Positions 36,901 through 53,100 of a stretch of DNA of 64,000 nucleotides are shown here, one piece after another (within the stretch, counting starts at the first letter, position 1; each line of letters begins with the position of its first letter). Both the position numbers and the translations under genes were made by a program. Source of the stretch: Lingula anatina (taxonomy: Eukaryota; Animalia; Brachiopoda); assembly GCA_051362555.1 (NCBI GenBank), contig CM120642.1, positions 3,782,001 through 3,846,000 on the forward strand. Direction: 5' to 3'. The notes beneath the pieces were generated by a model. The model was not told the DNA's origin. It searched no databases and saw only the letters and a list, made by a program, of their open reading frames with translations.

Positions 36901-39900
36901 GTCTGCAGCATGGTGGTTTGCTGTCTCTTTCCTCTGGAGTTTTTTTAAGTGTAGTTTTGTTAGGACCTTTTACATAAGTGTGTTTTTTTTCTGCAAACAG
37001 CCTCAATGCTTGTATTTCATTGTAGGAAGCAATGCCTCCAAGTTACTATATAAGAAAAATCTTTTGCATGAATTTTTTTTTCAAATATCATACGAATCAT
37101 ATTTCTATTCAATAAAGGAACAGGTCAGGAAAGGTTGAGAAAACACAACCTTCAGTACTATTTATAAACTAATGAAAAAACTTATATGCCATGCAGACAA
37201 CATGTTAAAGGTAATTCACAGAAACAAGAAACCTTAGTATCTTGGGCTATATAAGTGGCTATTAGGTGATTTAGCCTACCAGTGTGTTTAATGGACTGAG
37301 GATTCAAATATTAATGCAGAATTCACAGATCATTAGCCTGTTTGTCTAGTCTGGGCTGAAGCCAGGTCCAGGGCTATAGCACTCCCATTACAGAAGACAT
37401 ACACCTTAATATTCCTTCACTGGGGTCTCCTCAATAGCTGCCATGCCCATAAGCGTTGCAATAGTCATTTGGGTGTGGAAATCAAGTATGAAGATGCATG
37501 CAATTACAGCCATTTATTGGCTTGCGCTATTGAATGACATGAAAAACATCGAGCAGGATTAAGTTCTCAATGGCCCAAGATGTCCTTCATTCACATAAAT
37601 TTAATCCAGAATTTCTTGACATTATCTAGGGATAATAATAGCCCCAAGATTAGAAGCAGCGCGGTTCCAGAGCTCCTCTGAAGAAGCTAAGAAAACAGGA
37701 GCCCGATCCAAAATCAGCAACCCCGGTGTCAGTGCCTCGCCTAAGTTCACCTCGGACTCTTTGTGAAAATATCAGCACGCTTAAGACAGTGAAACAGCAA
37801 ATACAGGGAGTCGGTGGATCAGCTGTGCTCCTTGTGCCCGACTTCTCCCTGCATTATCAGACAGAATGCACATGTTTATGTTCCCTCCACACGATGTGGG
37901 AGGGCCCCTGATTAGATCATTGACTGGAGGCCGAGCATCCTCAAACACTTACCATCTATCATCTGAAACATGCTTTCCTTTCAAATGATCCAATTACCTA
38001 CAAAATCTATTCCCCTCCCTTCCTCCTCCCCTACTTATTTTTTCAAATTGATTTTTCCTGGATGTCATGTCTGCCCCCTGTATCTGATCTGAAGATTCTT
38101 TCATCAAATATAAGGGTAAGCATCCCTGGGCTTAAAAAAGGTGACCAAATATTATAAGAAATACCATTCTGTAAAATGTTCAAATATGCCTTAGATTGTA
38201 ATCGTAATGTACGCTTTTCATTTATTATATCAATCTTATTCATAACGTAAGACTGGTCAAGTTAGTTTAAATATTAACTATTCCAACGATCTTTTCAACA
38301 TATAAATGAAACATATAAAATCTACAAAAAAAAAAAAAAAAAAAAAAGAATAAAAATGCATCAACCATAATGTTATTAGAAAAAAATTGCTCGGTTCACA
38401 TTGGCATCACAGTCAAGACAAAATTCCTATGCCACCTTCTCTTTATAAAAAGGGTACAACAGCACACATCTACAAACTGACCCATCATGGCAGCAAGTGA
38501 GTCTCTGTGACAGGCATCACATTTATCATTTTAGAAAATACAAAACAAAACCAAAAAACTTTGTTCATAATCTTCATAATGTTTTCTCCTCCATACTGCA
38601 GTCTTTCCCCCTTGGGATACACTTCACTGTATTTCCAATTCATCTCAGTTTCTCCCCAATGCACTGAAGAACGATGCATCACCTCACGGCATATTGGCGC
38701 CTGCGGTCATAGAACGCTCTCTCACTGGGGAATGGGATTCTGGGTACTCTGCAGCCTTGTTCACCACAGAATTAAATGAACCACATAGTGTAATGAAATT
38801 CCTTATTTATTGTTCCCAAGATGCGTGGACTCGATAGCCCATGGCATATGTCCTTTGCCTACTTGTGAACTATGCAAGTTTCCACCCCCCCCCCTTTTCT
38901 CCCCAGGAGTGAACTAAAGCTAAGAAATGTTAACATCAATTTTTAACACAATGACATTATCAATTGTTCATGGTTATTCTTTAAAATACATATCCATCAT
39001 AGTTCTCCAAACATATTCTTGAACAAGAACTTAGTGTTCAGTGATCAGTCAAAAGCTGATTGCATTAACTCATACAGAAACCTAGTGTGTTCCCTATAGG
39101 AAGTGACACATTCAATTTTGTCATTCACCAGTGCCAACTTCCATGAGATATTCTACAAAACAGCATCTTCAAATGAGCAAATATTATCTTTGGAAAACAT
39201 AAGGCATAGAAAGTATTAAAAACATTTCTTTTTCCAAATATGAAAGCCCTAGTGAAATTAATCCTATTATCTGGCTTAATTTCTCCAGTGACTGACTCAG
39301 AGCAGCAGTTCCTATCACTGTTACATTCAATATTAGCCTCCCAGCCATAACACGGTGCATAACTAATCAAATTAGTGCTGCAAAAATAATCTGCCTTTTG
39401 GGAATCACGAAAAACAGAAAATCCAGTAGAAGTTAATGTTAACAGTAATGTCGTGAGGGGATGAGGGGGGGGGGGGAGAGGTGGGGGAGGGGGGGGTAGA
39501 GCGTTCTTTTCCTACCACACACACACACACACACACCCTTAACCATGTGCCTTGGTTACATATTGAATTACATGAAGACAGTTGCTCAATGGGCTTAAAA
39601 AAGGACCTCTATTTTTTAATGTATCTCCCCAACACCCACACACCAAATCATCATCCTGAGAAGGAACCTTTTCAACATTGTTCAACTTGCACAACCAGCG
39701 AAGCCCTAAAGATAGATGAGAGCACAAGATTGAAAGAAATTGAAAAGATATTTGGAAGCTGCTCATGCAAAGCCATGCATTTACAGAGAACCCAGTCTCC
39801 CATCTGAAAATCAATACAGCATTACAAAGCACGATTAAGTAAATTAAGTGAAATGGATATTGAAGCCTTCATAATTCCAGTTGTGAGTAAAGCCATTTAT

Positions 39901-41105
39901 ACAATTGCTTACACTTGTCAAAGGAATGCTTTGTTTTTTATTGGAACATATGATATTGTTGAATAATAAAAAAACAAAGTATTGGGTGACAGTCAGTGTG
40001 TTTGTCTTGTTCTGGCTGTTAGTTTGACGGACTTTGTGGGCAGCATTCAAAGCAAGCTAAAGAAGCTCAAATTAAGACAGTAACTGATGGCCAGTTATTG
40101 GGTTTCAGAGATGTTGAAGGTGGTATTCAAAGCAACATGAAGACAGGGAGGCAGGTACCCCCAGACTGGCAGCAATTGGTGAATCACAGATCAAATTCAG
40201 GAGACTAAGCTGTTAGGTAATTCAACATGGCTAGATGGTGAATCCCTAGCCCACAAAACGAGGTTTTGATTTTACCAGAATTGGTAATTGGACTGACATC
40301 TGCCGATCAAAATTAGAATATACATGGCTTTGATTTTGGAACCAACTGAGGATGGAAAAAATAGACATGGTGCATAAGTTGTAAACAAGGATTTGTCCAC
40401 TAGCTTAAGTTTAATACTTTCCAATACTAATTATTGAACTTAGGTCTCTCTTGCAAATAAATATTTTTGAAGCTAATATAGTTCATGGTAATAAATGCTA
40501 GTAAAAATCACTTTGTCCCTGGCAACATTAGTTTCTGTGTTTCCAATACAAGTCTTGCAGTTTGGTGGCACAGTCAGGACCCACAACTTATCCAATTTCA
40601 AACCTGTCTGAACACGGCTATGCTTTCTCCCATCTATTTCTGTGCTACCAGCAATTGTGGATCTTTTTCTGTGTCAGGAGTCAGTCAGTCAGGAATATTT
40701 ATCTTGCGATGGAGATAATGACTTGGCATGTTGTTGCATATTTAAATAACAGTATTGGCAAGTGGCTATCTCCGCTGGTCTCTCCTTAGGGAGGGTATGT
40801 TGCACATTATCAAATCAGCCCCAGATAAAGAAGGATCATCTCTCCACGAGGATCAGGGGGAAGACACTCTTTTTAGAAATTATCTGATTTGGTGAGGCAA
40901 AACAGGAGATGTGCCAAATTTTCTCTCCCGAGTTGCTCTCAATGATCATTTGTTTTATATATATTATGAAAAATGTATGAATGTGATAGAAAAAAATTTC
41001 AAAAATTATTTTGAAACAAAAAAGTATAAAAGTCAAAATGATTGGAACAGAAATAATATCAGAGAATTTGTCTACCATTCTCTTTTATCCTAGGTAAAAG
41101 AAAAT

Positions 41106-41137
<32 letters not shown>

Positions 41138-44100
41138 ATTGTCTAGTATATGACTAATTTGGTAGAGATGTATTTAAAAAGAAATGGGGACTGCACAAAG
41201 GAAAAAATATTAATTTTTACCCTTGGTGTTGACAAAAACAAGGCACTAATCTAAAACTGTGAAAAGAAGCCCCAAAATGGCTGCCATGAAATGAAATCTC
41301 TGGCATATTGTAATGGGTTTTCTCAGTCCTGCCAGTCACTTATCTATCAACACTTGAAAGTTTCATATTGGTTACAGTGACAGGGGAATTGCTTCCTCTC
41401 ATTCCCACATCCCTTAAAATCCCCTCATTTTTTATGCTTTCTAAATGTAAACATCAATATCAAAGAGAACAGATCCCTTTTTTTCCAATAATGACATAGA
41501 CTAGGCCATCAGGCGAGGCCTCCAACAGTCTAAAAGTACATGACAGAGTTGTGGATGGTTAAATTTATCTGTACATTTATCAAATGTACAAATAATAAAT
41601 TTTGCCCGTGACCCCTCAAACTTCTGGCTTTCCTAAATGTCAGATGCTTTTAATGCTCATGAGGTGCTATAACAACCATTTTTACTTCTTCATTAGCTAA
41701 CACCTTGGTCTCTAAGAAACTTATCTAATCTTTCTATTAAATGTTTTCAAGTCATACTTGCAGTTTTTTCTTTTTGCCTGACGCAGAGCCAATTTATCTC
41801 CAATTCAATTATGAAATCACAGGAAGAAAAAAACAACCAACTCATTTTTGTTAAGGTTAATTGCATCGTCTTGGGGCATTTATAAAAATATATTTCTTCA
41901 AAAAAAGTGCTCTTTGCCAATAGCATTATCCTTTACTTGAAAATATTATACAGAGGGAGGGTGACGGCTCCCATGGCAATGCTGTCTGCAGCATTCTAGT
42001 GAGAGGAGTGGGTGACTGTAATCCAAAACATGTGATAAATACCCCCCATCCCCACCCTCTGGTGTCAACTGGATGGAGTCAAATAACAGGATGACACATT
42101 GATTAAAATTGACAGATGTTTCGATTCAATTAGCACTCACAGTTCAATACAAATGACATGTACTTTGAGGTATGGCAAGAGTTTTGGTGATGCTTTGATT
42201 CCAAAGTCAGTTGTCTGTGACCATCAGCCATTGTTTTCTCATTTGCCTGACAAAGAGGCAGCGGTGATCGATAAAGCTTTGCAAAGCTGTTCAGAAAACA
42301 ATCTTTCTGCACTTTGGCATTAAGGTGGCCTGTCACAGCTGAATATAGTCATTAGTGATTTTTTTCTAAAAAAGTGGAGTCAGTTCAAGTTTTCAACAAA
42401 GTAAAGAAAAATTCTGCTCAAATCTGTAAAAAATGGGTTTCTAAACATTATTTTTCATTAGGACTGTAGAGGGCAAATGAATTTCACAGCGGGTTCCTAT
42501 CACTGGATAATTTCAAATTCACATGCCACTGTGACACTATAATACAGGTTTGCATCAAAGTCCAAACCTTTCAATCACCATTTGCTCTGATACATTGGGA
42601 ATGTCCGTCTGCCTCTAAATACAGCAGCAAACAAATCACAGCACGACCCTTTATGTGCCTGACTCTCACTGCTTGCTATCTAAAATATTTTGACATTCAA
42701 GTTTGGCATTTTTTGGGCTCCAATGCTAGCTACTGGATTTTCAAAGTTTTAAAGTGTGGTCACACTGGCAAAAAATAAAACAGTCTCTGAATTAAACAAC
42801 TTGATGTTATGGTGTTAAGATAATTATAGTTAACAGCTCAGCAATAGTCCACCTGAACCCTTCGGAGTTTTAATCTCTCAAGTGAAGCCTTACTGGACAG
42901 CAGACTAACTGATCAAGACTAACTGATCACTAGACCTTCCACTCAGTACGGTTAAGAATTGGTTTTATCTTTGCCCATGTGAATGCACCTTTAAAACATC
43001 AATTCCGTCATCTTGGACTTTTTTTTACCTCTACAGCTGATCATATCACGCCTAATCAGATGTGCTCAGGTGCTCAGAGACAGTAGACGCTCACTCAATT
43101 ACCTCCTTTTTGATACTGAGACCCTTCATTTCAGATTTTTCTTTTTTAATTTTGGAGGCAACAACTGCTCAGCTGTGCCATTATGGTTTGCAGGTGACTG
43201 CATTGAAAGATCGATGATGAGATTTCTTTCAAACGCACATAATGCCATAAGTAGTAGAGCTGCAATTAACAGAAGTCTAAGTAGTCTAAGTGCAGAAGGC
43301 AATGTTGAAAGGTTGCCTAGACACTTTTTGTGTTTTTTTTCCTTTCTCGCATTTGACATTTAAGAGCAGAAATGGATCTCCAGCAGAGAATCACTTGAAC
43401 CAAGTGTAGTGTTTCTTAAAAGAGGGATTGGGACAATTGAATCTCATTCACTGCTCATGATATGAGTTTCTTCTGTAAATGTGTTTTAGCTTCATAAAAA
43501 CTGAAATCAAATCTTTATCCAATCTTCCAATCTGTTGCCCCATCAACTTTGCGTAAAAGAACTTCTTCCTGTCAGCTCTTCAAAGTCAGTTTGCCAAAAA
43601 CAGCAAGAATTATGTCTTTCACACAGCTATTTGACAATAGTAATAAAAATACGGATAAAAAATTTCCTCGTAATCTCCAGATTATCCAGGTGAACCCTAA
43701 ATCAATATTTCTCCTTCTAATCCTCTTGGAGGTGTTACCTTTCCATGGGCATCCATACAGCTCCACCCTCATACAGACTGTGCGGACGTTGTCGCTGTAC
43801 GGCACAAAGCGGATCTTCCTGGCTATGATAGGTGGATTCACCTCCCTTAGCTCTGCTATGTAGGTGTTGGTATTGCCTTGGAAAATCTAAAAGGCAAAAT
43901 ATGATTATTGTCATTATATCATTTACAAATTATCCAAAATTCTTTTTAGCATTGTATCGAATATGGAAATAAATTTCTATTGACATAGTGACTATGCGTT
44001 TAAGAAAATTTCAAAATGGCTATATATAATAATGGTTATAACAGAAATAGCTGAGTGCAATGCCTTGTGTATTGATGCACAAACTTGATTATTTCACAAT

Positions 44101-47100
44101 TATATTCTGTTCATACACACTTTTTTCTCTGTACATCCATATATCTATCCTATTTAAATATTTGGTCTTCATCTCAATACAAGAAGGAACCCATCATACA
44201 TTTACGAATAATGAAATGCGCTAAATAAAAATAATCAATAATCACCTTCATTAGACACGTTTCATGACAACAACATTAGGCACAAATCAATAAATCTTAT
44301 ATTCCCCACAGGTGACATTACATTCTGGGTACCTTAATTAAAGTCATAATAACTCTTCATTTTGGCCAAAAATTGGATTTTCCTGGAGTAAACGGCAATT
44401 TTCCCGTACTTACCAATGGTCAGCGACCCCATTCCTGCATTCAAAGTTAATCCAGGGTTTTTTTCCTAAACGTACGGTTTTTTGTTAAAATCTCTTAAGA
44501 GATTTTAACTGACGGAGCTCTCTCTGACATCGCATAGTCACTGTTGACCTACTTAAAACCGCGGGAAAAGCAGACAACAACAACACTATATAAGATTCAT
44601 GAGATATATTCGTCTTTTTGTTAAAAATGCATTAATATCCACAATGTGTGCCGTTCTGGGCTTTTTGTTATCCGACGCACTGTACAAAAACTCGCAACTT
44701 ACGTCTGCGTCCGCATTATAATGCATTTGGCGCCATATGTTATTTTGGTCTCGAATGAACGCGAGAATCCGCGTGACACCATTACGTCATTAGCAACGAA
44801 TGCCTTGATGAAAGCTTCGAAAGCCCTATTGACAAGCACAGATTTTAGTTTTACTACAATAACGGCCGTTTTAGTGGTAAAATACAATAGAATATATTTC
44901 CATGCGTTGTTTACAATGTATTTCATGCGGAATTTTGAATCTCAAAGGAAGAGTTATTATTGCTTTAAATCAAGACGCATGGAATACAACACACGTTTTA
45001 CTTACAAAGGTAAGTTTACAAAAGAGTAGAATCAAGCAGATATGCTGCATTCAGTTAAGCTTATAACTGAATCTGCTGTAGGTCTGAACTTTGAAACAGA
45101 AGAATCAGTTAAATTCAACAGTGTGAATTCCTACACCCAGTTTGCTTTACACCCCCCCCCCCCCCATCTCCCAATAAATGAATTTTGTAGCTTACATTCA
45201 AGACTAAAACCAGTTCAAAGTTTCGTCTTGTCTGAATGCGGTTAAAACAGATCGATACCTGAACAGGTAAGGGCGGTAAATCATCCATGACTTATTGTAA
45301 CTGTAGGCAATACTTAAAGACAACACACCTACATAATGCTGTGTGTAATGGTGACAGGAGACACAGAGACATGATTTACACTAATGTGAAGCTTACTTCA
45401 TATTGCATGATTACATGATTAGAAGAGTGGCATGTGGTTCTTTTTCTCTTTTTTTTCTGACACAGTGACAGATTCGTGATGTAGAGTATGACGGCAAGCA
45501 ATTTTTCTGGGAATTTTCCCACATACTTCTGTGGGCCTCAGATGGTCTTTTCTCTTGTTTATGAGGGAAATGGGGTGACTTTGCTTCAATCTTTTTTGAA
45601 ACCCCACCCTCCCTCTCCCCTGGATCAAATTAAGCATAAAATCACATTAGTTTCTGTAAAACTAGCACAGACCTTTGTGTTTGTTTTTTCATAATTCTTG
45701 GTGAACCTAACAAACAAACTGGTAATTGGAAGAGACACACCAATCTCTATACTGGAATGTGATCAGAGATCAGAAAGCATAATTTCATTCATTTCCAGCA
45801 CAGCTTCAAACAGATAAAAGCTATGAGCAACACTGCTATTTACAATGCTAAACCCATCATTCTATCTCAGAGAGAAGGGATCCCCAGGGCCTCAGAGAAA
45901 TGATATTTTCTAGAGAGAAAAAGGACCCTGCCAAATTGCTTTTTTACAGACTCGCTGGCTCCAAAGATGTCTACTGTGCACTGCGAACATCTTCAATTAT
46001 TTGCAATGTCTGCAACCTCTCCAACAGACAGCATGGAATCAGCACTAATACCATGGAAAATTAGGAAGAATTGATTTTACACTTTCACTAAAGGTTAGAA
46101 AATGAAATATCAACACATTAGTTTGTAGCGAAGCACTGAGAAATGGAGAGACGCTAATGATAGAAATGGAATCTTCTGTTCCGTTATTACTCTTTGTCAC
46201 CATTAACACATCTAGTGGGGCAAAACTAATGCACCAAATAAAGTTAGAACCTTCTAGATAACTAAGAGTAATGGGACTTTATGGGCCATTTCCTCTAGAC
46301 TGCTGTCGTATCCGCTTCCACTCCCGGCTGTCATAATCATTATACAAACTTGTCTGCCGAATTAAACAAATTAGCCTACAGGATTCTGAATTTTTTTCTT
46401 CTTTGCTTGATTGCAGAGATATAATGAAGTAATTGAGCTAATTTCTCCATGATGAATGTTTCAAACTTGTTGGATTCAGCACAGCAAGTAAGCCTCTAAC
46501 AAGTGTTGTGAGTCAATCCGCCAGGTGGGCGCCAACCAAAACACGAGACTGGCCGAGTCCAGAAATTAGGAGAGCATTTTGGATGCCTATCTCAACAAAT
46601 GTCTTCAGGTTTAACAACATGTTCTTTCATTTCTTCACATGTCTATGCCCTACAGAAATGCTCGGACGTAACCCCTCCCAAGTAACCCCGGTCCTGATCT
46701 TAATTAAACACATTACTTGCCTGTAAGCAGAATTAATCTCTCTTTTATGATGACATTCTTTAAAGCAAATAATGATGTGTTCACAAATCAGCACCTGCAG
46801 CAATGACAGTGGAAGTAAACAACATGCTAACAGAAAATTTGCATTCTGGGAATCATGTTCATAGGGCAGCCCACACTTTGGAAGCGTGTATTTTCCAGCC
46901 AATCTCTTTGATCTATACAATATTGAAAACAAAAGAAACTCTTCATTTCATGAACGATGGACTTTACATGTGTGAAACAAAAATACTCATATTATGTTGG
47001 TGGTTGAGCCATGTCAACCCAATGTTGAAAGTCAATGCCAGCTGTTAGAAATCTAATGCTGAGTTGGGCCACTGTTGATCCAATGTTGAAAGCAAATGCC

Positions 47101-50100
47101 AGCTGCTGAAAGCTTATTTGTCACCACCAACCCAAAACAGCATGCACTTTTGTAAGAGACAAATAGCGACCTCTATGGTGAGAGTGCATGTTATCAGAGA
47201 GTTAGTCGCTAGGCCTACCTCGTGACCCTTTCTATCTCTGAAACGCATCCATGGGCCATCCTCCTCCCTCTTGTATTCCAACAGGTATTTTTCCATATAC
47301 TCTTGACCCTAAAATAAAAAAGATGAAGAAATTGGTGAATAACATTAATCATCAATGTCACTTTCAACATACATAAATAATTATAAATTCTGGATTCAAC
47401 AATAATAGTAACTACATGTATATAACAACCATTGAACAATTCTTTGCTCAATGATAACAATGTTTTTGGGCATAAATCAACAAGATAACATTGGATGTAA
47501 TCAGCATCAACATCAGTATCATCATCCATAAAACGTTGCTTTTAACAAATCTGTTAAATGGTGTATTTACTAATTTGTATGGATTTTGACTGCCACTTAT
47601 GTTTTTTATACTGTTGGCTGGTTATTCAATAATGGTATTCATCAATTATATGAAAAATTTTACCATGATGATTAAACAATAATTAGGTTGATCACATAAC
47701 ATTTGTCATTGTGTGAAAAATTCTACCACTCAAAAACATGCCACTGACACTTTAAGCATTATGTATCACTTATTTCATTCCGTCAGTGTTGCGATCACTG
47801 TACATTAAAGATAAAGTGATCTGTCCCACTCAGATGACTAACTCCATGACAGGAATGAGTTGGTTGCATGAGGACTGAATGAGGAAATTTAATTACTGGT
47901 AATATAGACAGACACAGCTATCGGGACAGGCACCTCTCCCTGGTGTTGCATTTGAACAACTTGTTTCTTTTTTTTCTATTTTTTTTTACTTCCTAATAAT
48001 TCAGGGCTGGTGGACTCAAGATAACACTGTTTAGCAACACTGAAAATGTGGGTTCAGACCATTTTCAGCAAGAAAAGACAGGATTTTTTTCTTTCATTAT
48101 AAAGCGATGGGTGTGATCATGTTTCAATACTGAAGGCATTGATTTACTGACAGTTTTCTGTGTTTTGTTCATCATTTTGCATGCAATGACTTTCAATGGT
48201 GATAAAGTCACAGCATGGTTATGTTGACATCTCATGTACTGACCTAGAACTACCTCTCAAATGCATTTCAGATTTTCTTACACAAAAATGGTTTTGCGGG
48301 GCATGATGTGTATGTCCATGCACATGTGGGGGCATGCATGCTTGTGTGTGTGGGCATACGTGCATGCTATTGCCTGGATGTGAGGTAAAGAACCAGAACA
48401 TTTTTTAAAAAGATTTTTACTCTTTTTGTGTTATTTTAGAAACCTGAAAGTCTGAAATAACAGAAGCTTACCACACTTGCTCAAAATCATGGCTTATCAG
48501 CATGGCTGATTGATTTTTATTATTCTTTGTAGCAACATGTTGCAAAATGTGGAGGTTTTTCTTTGGGAATTAAGAAAGAGCAGGAAATTGCTCAAAGATC
48601 AAGATTCAACCTGCATTCAAAAGGAGGCAAGATCAGCGATTTGTTTGTTGTGATCAAATTTCTGGTCTTATAGAAGACTTCACTCATATTATCATTTTGA
48701 CAACAGGAAATTCTTACAATAAGACATTTGTAGTTTCATGGTAATGAGTAAAACTAGCATTTGAAGTTACATCCACAATCATCTAAAATCTATATTAGAG
48801 TTTTAATATATTTCTGTGACATATGACCAGCTTTATGATATAATCTTAAATTTCTATGTACTCATTGAATCAACCTGATGAATAACTTCCAACATTTGAA
48901 ATTTTAAGCTTCACCAGAAATAATGCATTTGGTCCAGCCATCTCCATAAAAATCCATTCCTCTGTTGCTATGATTAACTAAGCTGTGTTGTTTTTCATTT
49001 CCGTCCGTTTGATCCTCATTTTCTGAGCAAGAATTATGGATTTCCGCCTCAGGATTTGTGCTCCCAAAATATGCACAGAATCAATTCAGAACAACAGCAC
49101 TGGTCAGCAAGGATATTGAGCCGAGAAATACTTCCTTCCCCACACCACATACTGATTCAAAATGCTCCAGGTCTTAATCTGCTTTTCAATATTTTTCTAC
49201 TGGGGTTACAGAATTCTACAATGTACCCCATGTCACTGTGCAAGACAGAATTTGGATAGAAGTTGTATTTTTAAGCATCATCTAGTTGCTCCTTGGAAAA
49301 CAATCTCATATTTCATTGTATCCCCAGTTATGTGGTCATACATGAAGTGAATTGGTGCTTAATCTCAGAAAGTTGAACTTGAGGAGGATTTTTAAAATTT
49401 GTCAGAATTTTAACTGATGAAATTGCAAAATTCATCATATTTTACTACATGCCCTCAACAGGAAAGAATGCATTCTGCATTGTTTTGCAATGTTATATAA
49501 AACAAATTGATACAGTCGCCATTACTGATTCAATACCCCACCTTCTGATCTTATTTTCCCTTTTTCAAAAACATTTTGAGCAATGTTTCCAGGTTTTCTG
49601 ATAGTAAATTATGTTGTAATCTGATGCCTCATGTAATGTAGTTTTACTTCCAGATAATATATCGTCCAAACGGCAACAAAATTTCATGTAATCTGGCAAA
49701 ATCCATTGTGGTGAAATAAAGCACTGGGATTTAATTTAAAGACATATTAGTCATTGTCTTGTATCAGTGAAACTATATATTTTCATGGCAAAATTACAGG
49801 ATCTGTTTTAGATTCTTTCAATTATTCGGATAATTGTATCAACGGAGCATATGGCTGAGGCGCAGGGGAAGCTACTGCTGGCATGATAACTGTCAGATTT
49901 ATGGTAGCGTAAATGTTATCGAACGCATAAAATTGTATTATTTTCAATAGGGGATGCTATCTCCTTTTCCAGTAGAGGTTTATCTTCTAACACTTGTGCT
50001 ACACGGCATGAACTTTATCTGCTTACTGCAAGCAGACTCAGTGTTAAGAATCAGTCAGATGGAAATTCGTTTTCTTCTTAATAAAAAATCTTGATTTCTA

Positions 50101-53100
50101 AGATAATCATCTCCAAAGCAGCTGTTCTGAGAATTCTGCTGGGAAATAAACATATTTCTCAGAAGAGGTTTCAAAACACTGTTGAATACACAATGGAAAA
50201 GTAGTATTTATACACTGCTTACTTTTACCTAATCAAATTCAGCTTAAAGCTTTTTTTGAAAAACAAATACGATCTTGTATTGGCATTTTTGGATTAAAGG
50301 CTTCTTTCTTTTACAATTTCCTTATGGATACCATATAGGTTTCTTGTTAAACATGATGGATAATTTCAAATAAGGATACCAAAAATAAGAAAGGTGCCAC
50401 ATTATAGCACATTTGACACGGAGCGTTATACATTAGCAATTAATTCTGAACCAGTAAAATTACTTTTACCTAATCAAATTCAGCTTAAAGCTTTTTTTGA
50501 AAAACAAATACGATCTTGTATTGGCATTTTTGGATTAAAGGCTTCTTTCTTTTACAATTTCCCTATGGATACCATATAGGTTTCTTGTTAAACATGATGG
50601 TTAATTTCAAATAAGGATACCAAAAATAAGAAAGGTGCCACATTATAGCACATTTGACACGGAGCGTTATACATTAGCAATTAATTCTGAACCAGTAAAA
50701 TTAGAGAGAATGAACTTCATTGTCTGGCTATAACTGTGGCCTCCATGCTCACTATGGCCAATTTTTTAATTATAAACTAAAAGCAAGAAGACCACTTATG
50801 GAAAATTTGGAAGGAAGTAAAACCCCTAGAACTGAATTAAATGTTAGGAGGTCTCAAAGTGTACCAGTATAGTCTTTATTGTGTACTAGTCAGAACTTGA
50901 TGTAAAAAGGCATTCAATAAGAGGAATTCTTGTACCAGTACCCAAGTATCAAATGAATTCTATATAGGGACTGCACATATTTAAAACAAAATAAAACAAA
51001 AACATTTTCAACATATCCAGGGACGTTCCTGCATTATGTCTTTGCTGCACTCCTAAATAATGATAAGAAAAAGACATGGGTTTCCTTTTTGTGCCAAGAC
51101 CTTGAGACCCTTGCAGGTGAGGCTTTGGTCTTGTCATGCGCACAGCTCCCCCTCAGGGGAGTTGGCACAAGCACTGGTAATCTGTACCAAGACAATTTCT
51201 ATGTTCAAAGATGTCTCTAAGGACCCAAAGTTATTTTTCCAAATCCCAGTTGACATGCTAAGAATCCAGGGGCTCTTTATCAGAGAAATGTTTTATCACT
51301 ATTGAGTTTTAACTGTTAAATTTTGAGTGTTTGTGTATAGGTATGGCATATGTATATGAACAAGTTTAATGGTCAATGCATAAGACAGAGATGCCCTTTG
51401 CATTTTGACAACTGTCATGCATAAATGTATAAGCAGTAACATAAATAAGGATGGAATAAAAGGAAAAAAGGTACAAAAAATATTATAAAACAGACAAATC
51501 CAGGAAAAATGAACACTGAAAATAAAAGCATCTTTCTAAAGCATTACATAAGAGTTATGACTAAATGTGAAAGAAATATGGCTCTTTTCAGTAAGAAAAA
51601 TTCTGCAATACAATAAATAAAGAATAATTAAAACAACAACAACAACAATAGCATCTTTCCAGAGCGTGGCAGCTGTAAACTTCTGAAGGTTAATGCAGCT
51701 GGGTTCTTCTTCTATTGATTTTCCCCTGAAGCAATTCTGTTGCAATATTCCGTCCTGTAATATGCTGTCATTGACAGATGTGCTCAGAGCACAGACAACA
51801 CTGGTAATTCACATTAAAACTCCCCCATCTATCAAGAAAATGTGGCATGTTTTCAGACTCTGGAACCCCTTGCCTGCAGACTTTTCTGTACTTTCTATCA
51901 AAGCAATGATTTTTTTTATGTTAAATGTTGGCCATTTCAATGCGCATGCATTTTCATTCCATGGTGCTATTTAAATTTCCACAAATTTAATCATTAAAAT
52001 ATAGTGTAAGAAGACCCATAATATTTAAATGTTCAAAGTATTTTATTGATAAGGTCAGAACTCAGAAGTTATCATGGAAAATCAACAGAATGTTTCACAC
52101 AAAAAGAGATTTTCTACATGGTCATATTTGTTAAGTGTGTGTTAGCGGGTATCTGTGTGTATGTGCATGCATGTATCACTAACCTGCCCATTTCCAAACC
52201 GTCCCTGGGTCTCCACCAACGAAATCACGTGCAGAGACTGGAGGTCGATCTGAAGAAACTCATAAACGTCGGCCGAGATCTGATGGAGTGGACACCATGC
52301 GCCCCCTTTCTGGTCTGTACGAATTCTGAGAATACAGAAACAACAGAAATGGTTAAATCATAATTAATTTTGATAAAACAAATTAAAGCATTTACTCAAA
52401 AGTTTTTCAAACTATTGACTTATTGAATACATTCACATTTTATACTGGTTTCTTAAGGCAATATTGCATTTATATATAATACACAGAAATTATATATCAA
52501 TATTTACAGAACAAATGTCAGAAAATATCGAGCCTTGACAAATTTCAGATCATACACATAAGGGACGTTGGTTTTCTTATACATCAGATCAGTCACTCAT
52601 TCCATTATGATTCAAGAGCCGAAGCCGCTCAATCCATTAGGAGGAGGACGTCACGGCCCAAAACTGATTGGTGCCTAAACTCAATGAAAAAGCAATATCT
52701 TACTTATTCCAAGGAAGTTTCCAGGGATTTGCCTCATAATGAAAGAGGAAATCTATCTCACACTAAGGGATCCAGGGGTCAAGATAATAAGATCACCAAC
52801 TGACCCTCAACTTCACTGAATTATCATTCTGCTACAAATTTGACACAGAATGTCAGGTCTAGAACTGACTACTAGCACAGATGGCCTCATGTTAGATTGT
52901 GGAGATCTGATGGAACAAGATGAAGATAGCGTAATCTCAATGAGATGAAAATAACCAACATTGGGATATTAGCCCAGGTGATACCAGAGTTATCTCCACA
53001 CAGGGCATGTTATGTTATATAGTAATGTTATATCAAATTATTCAGAGAAAACTGCTCCTGAACTCGACTCATCTTCAATGCTCTACGAGATACAGTAAAA

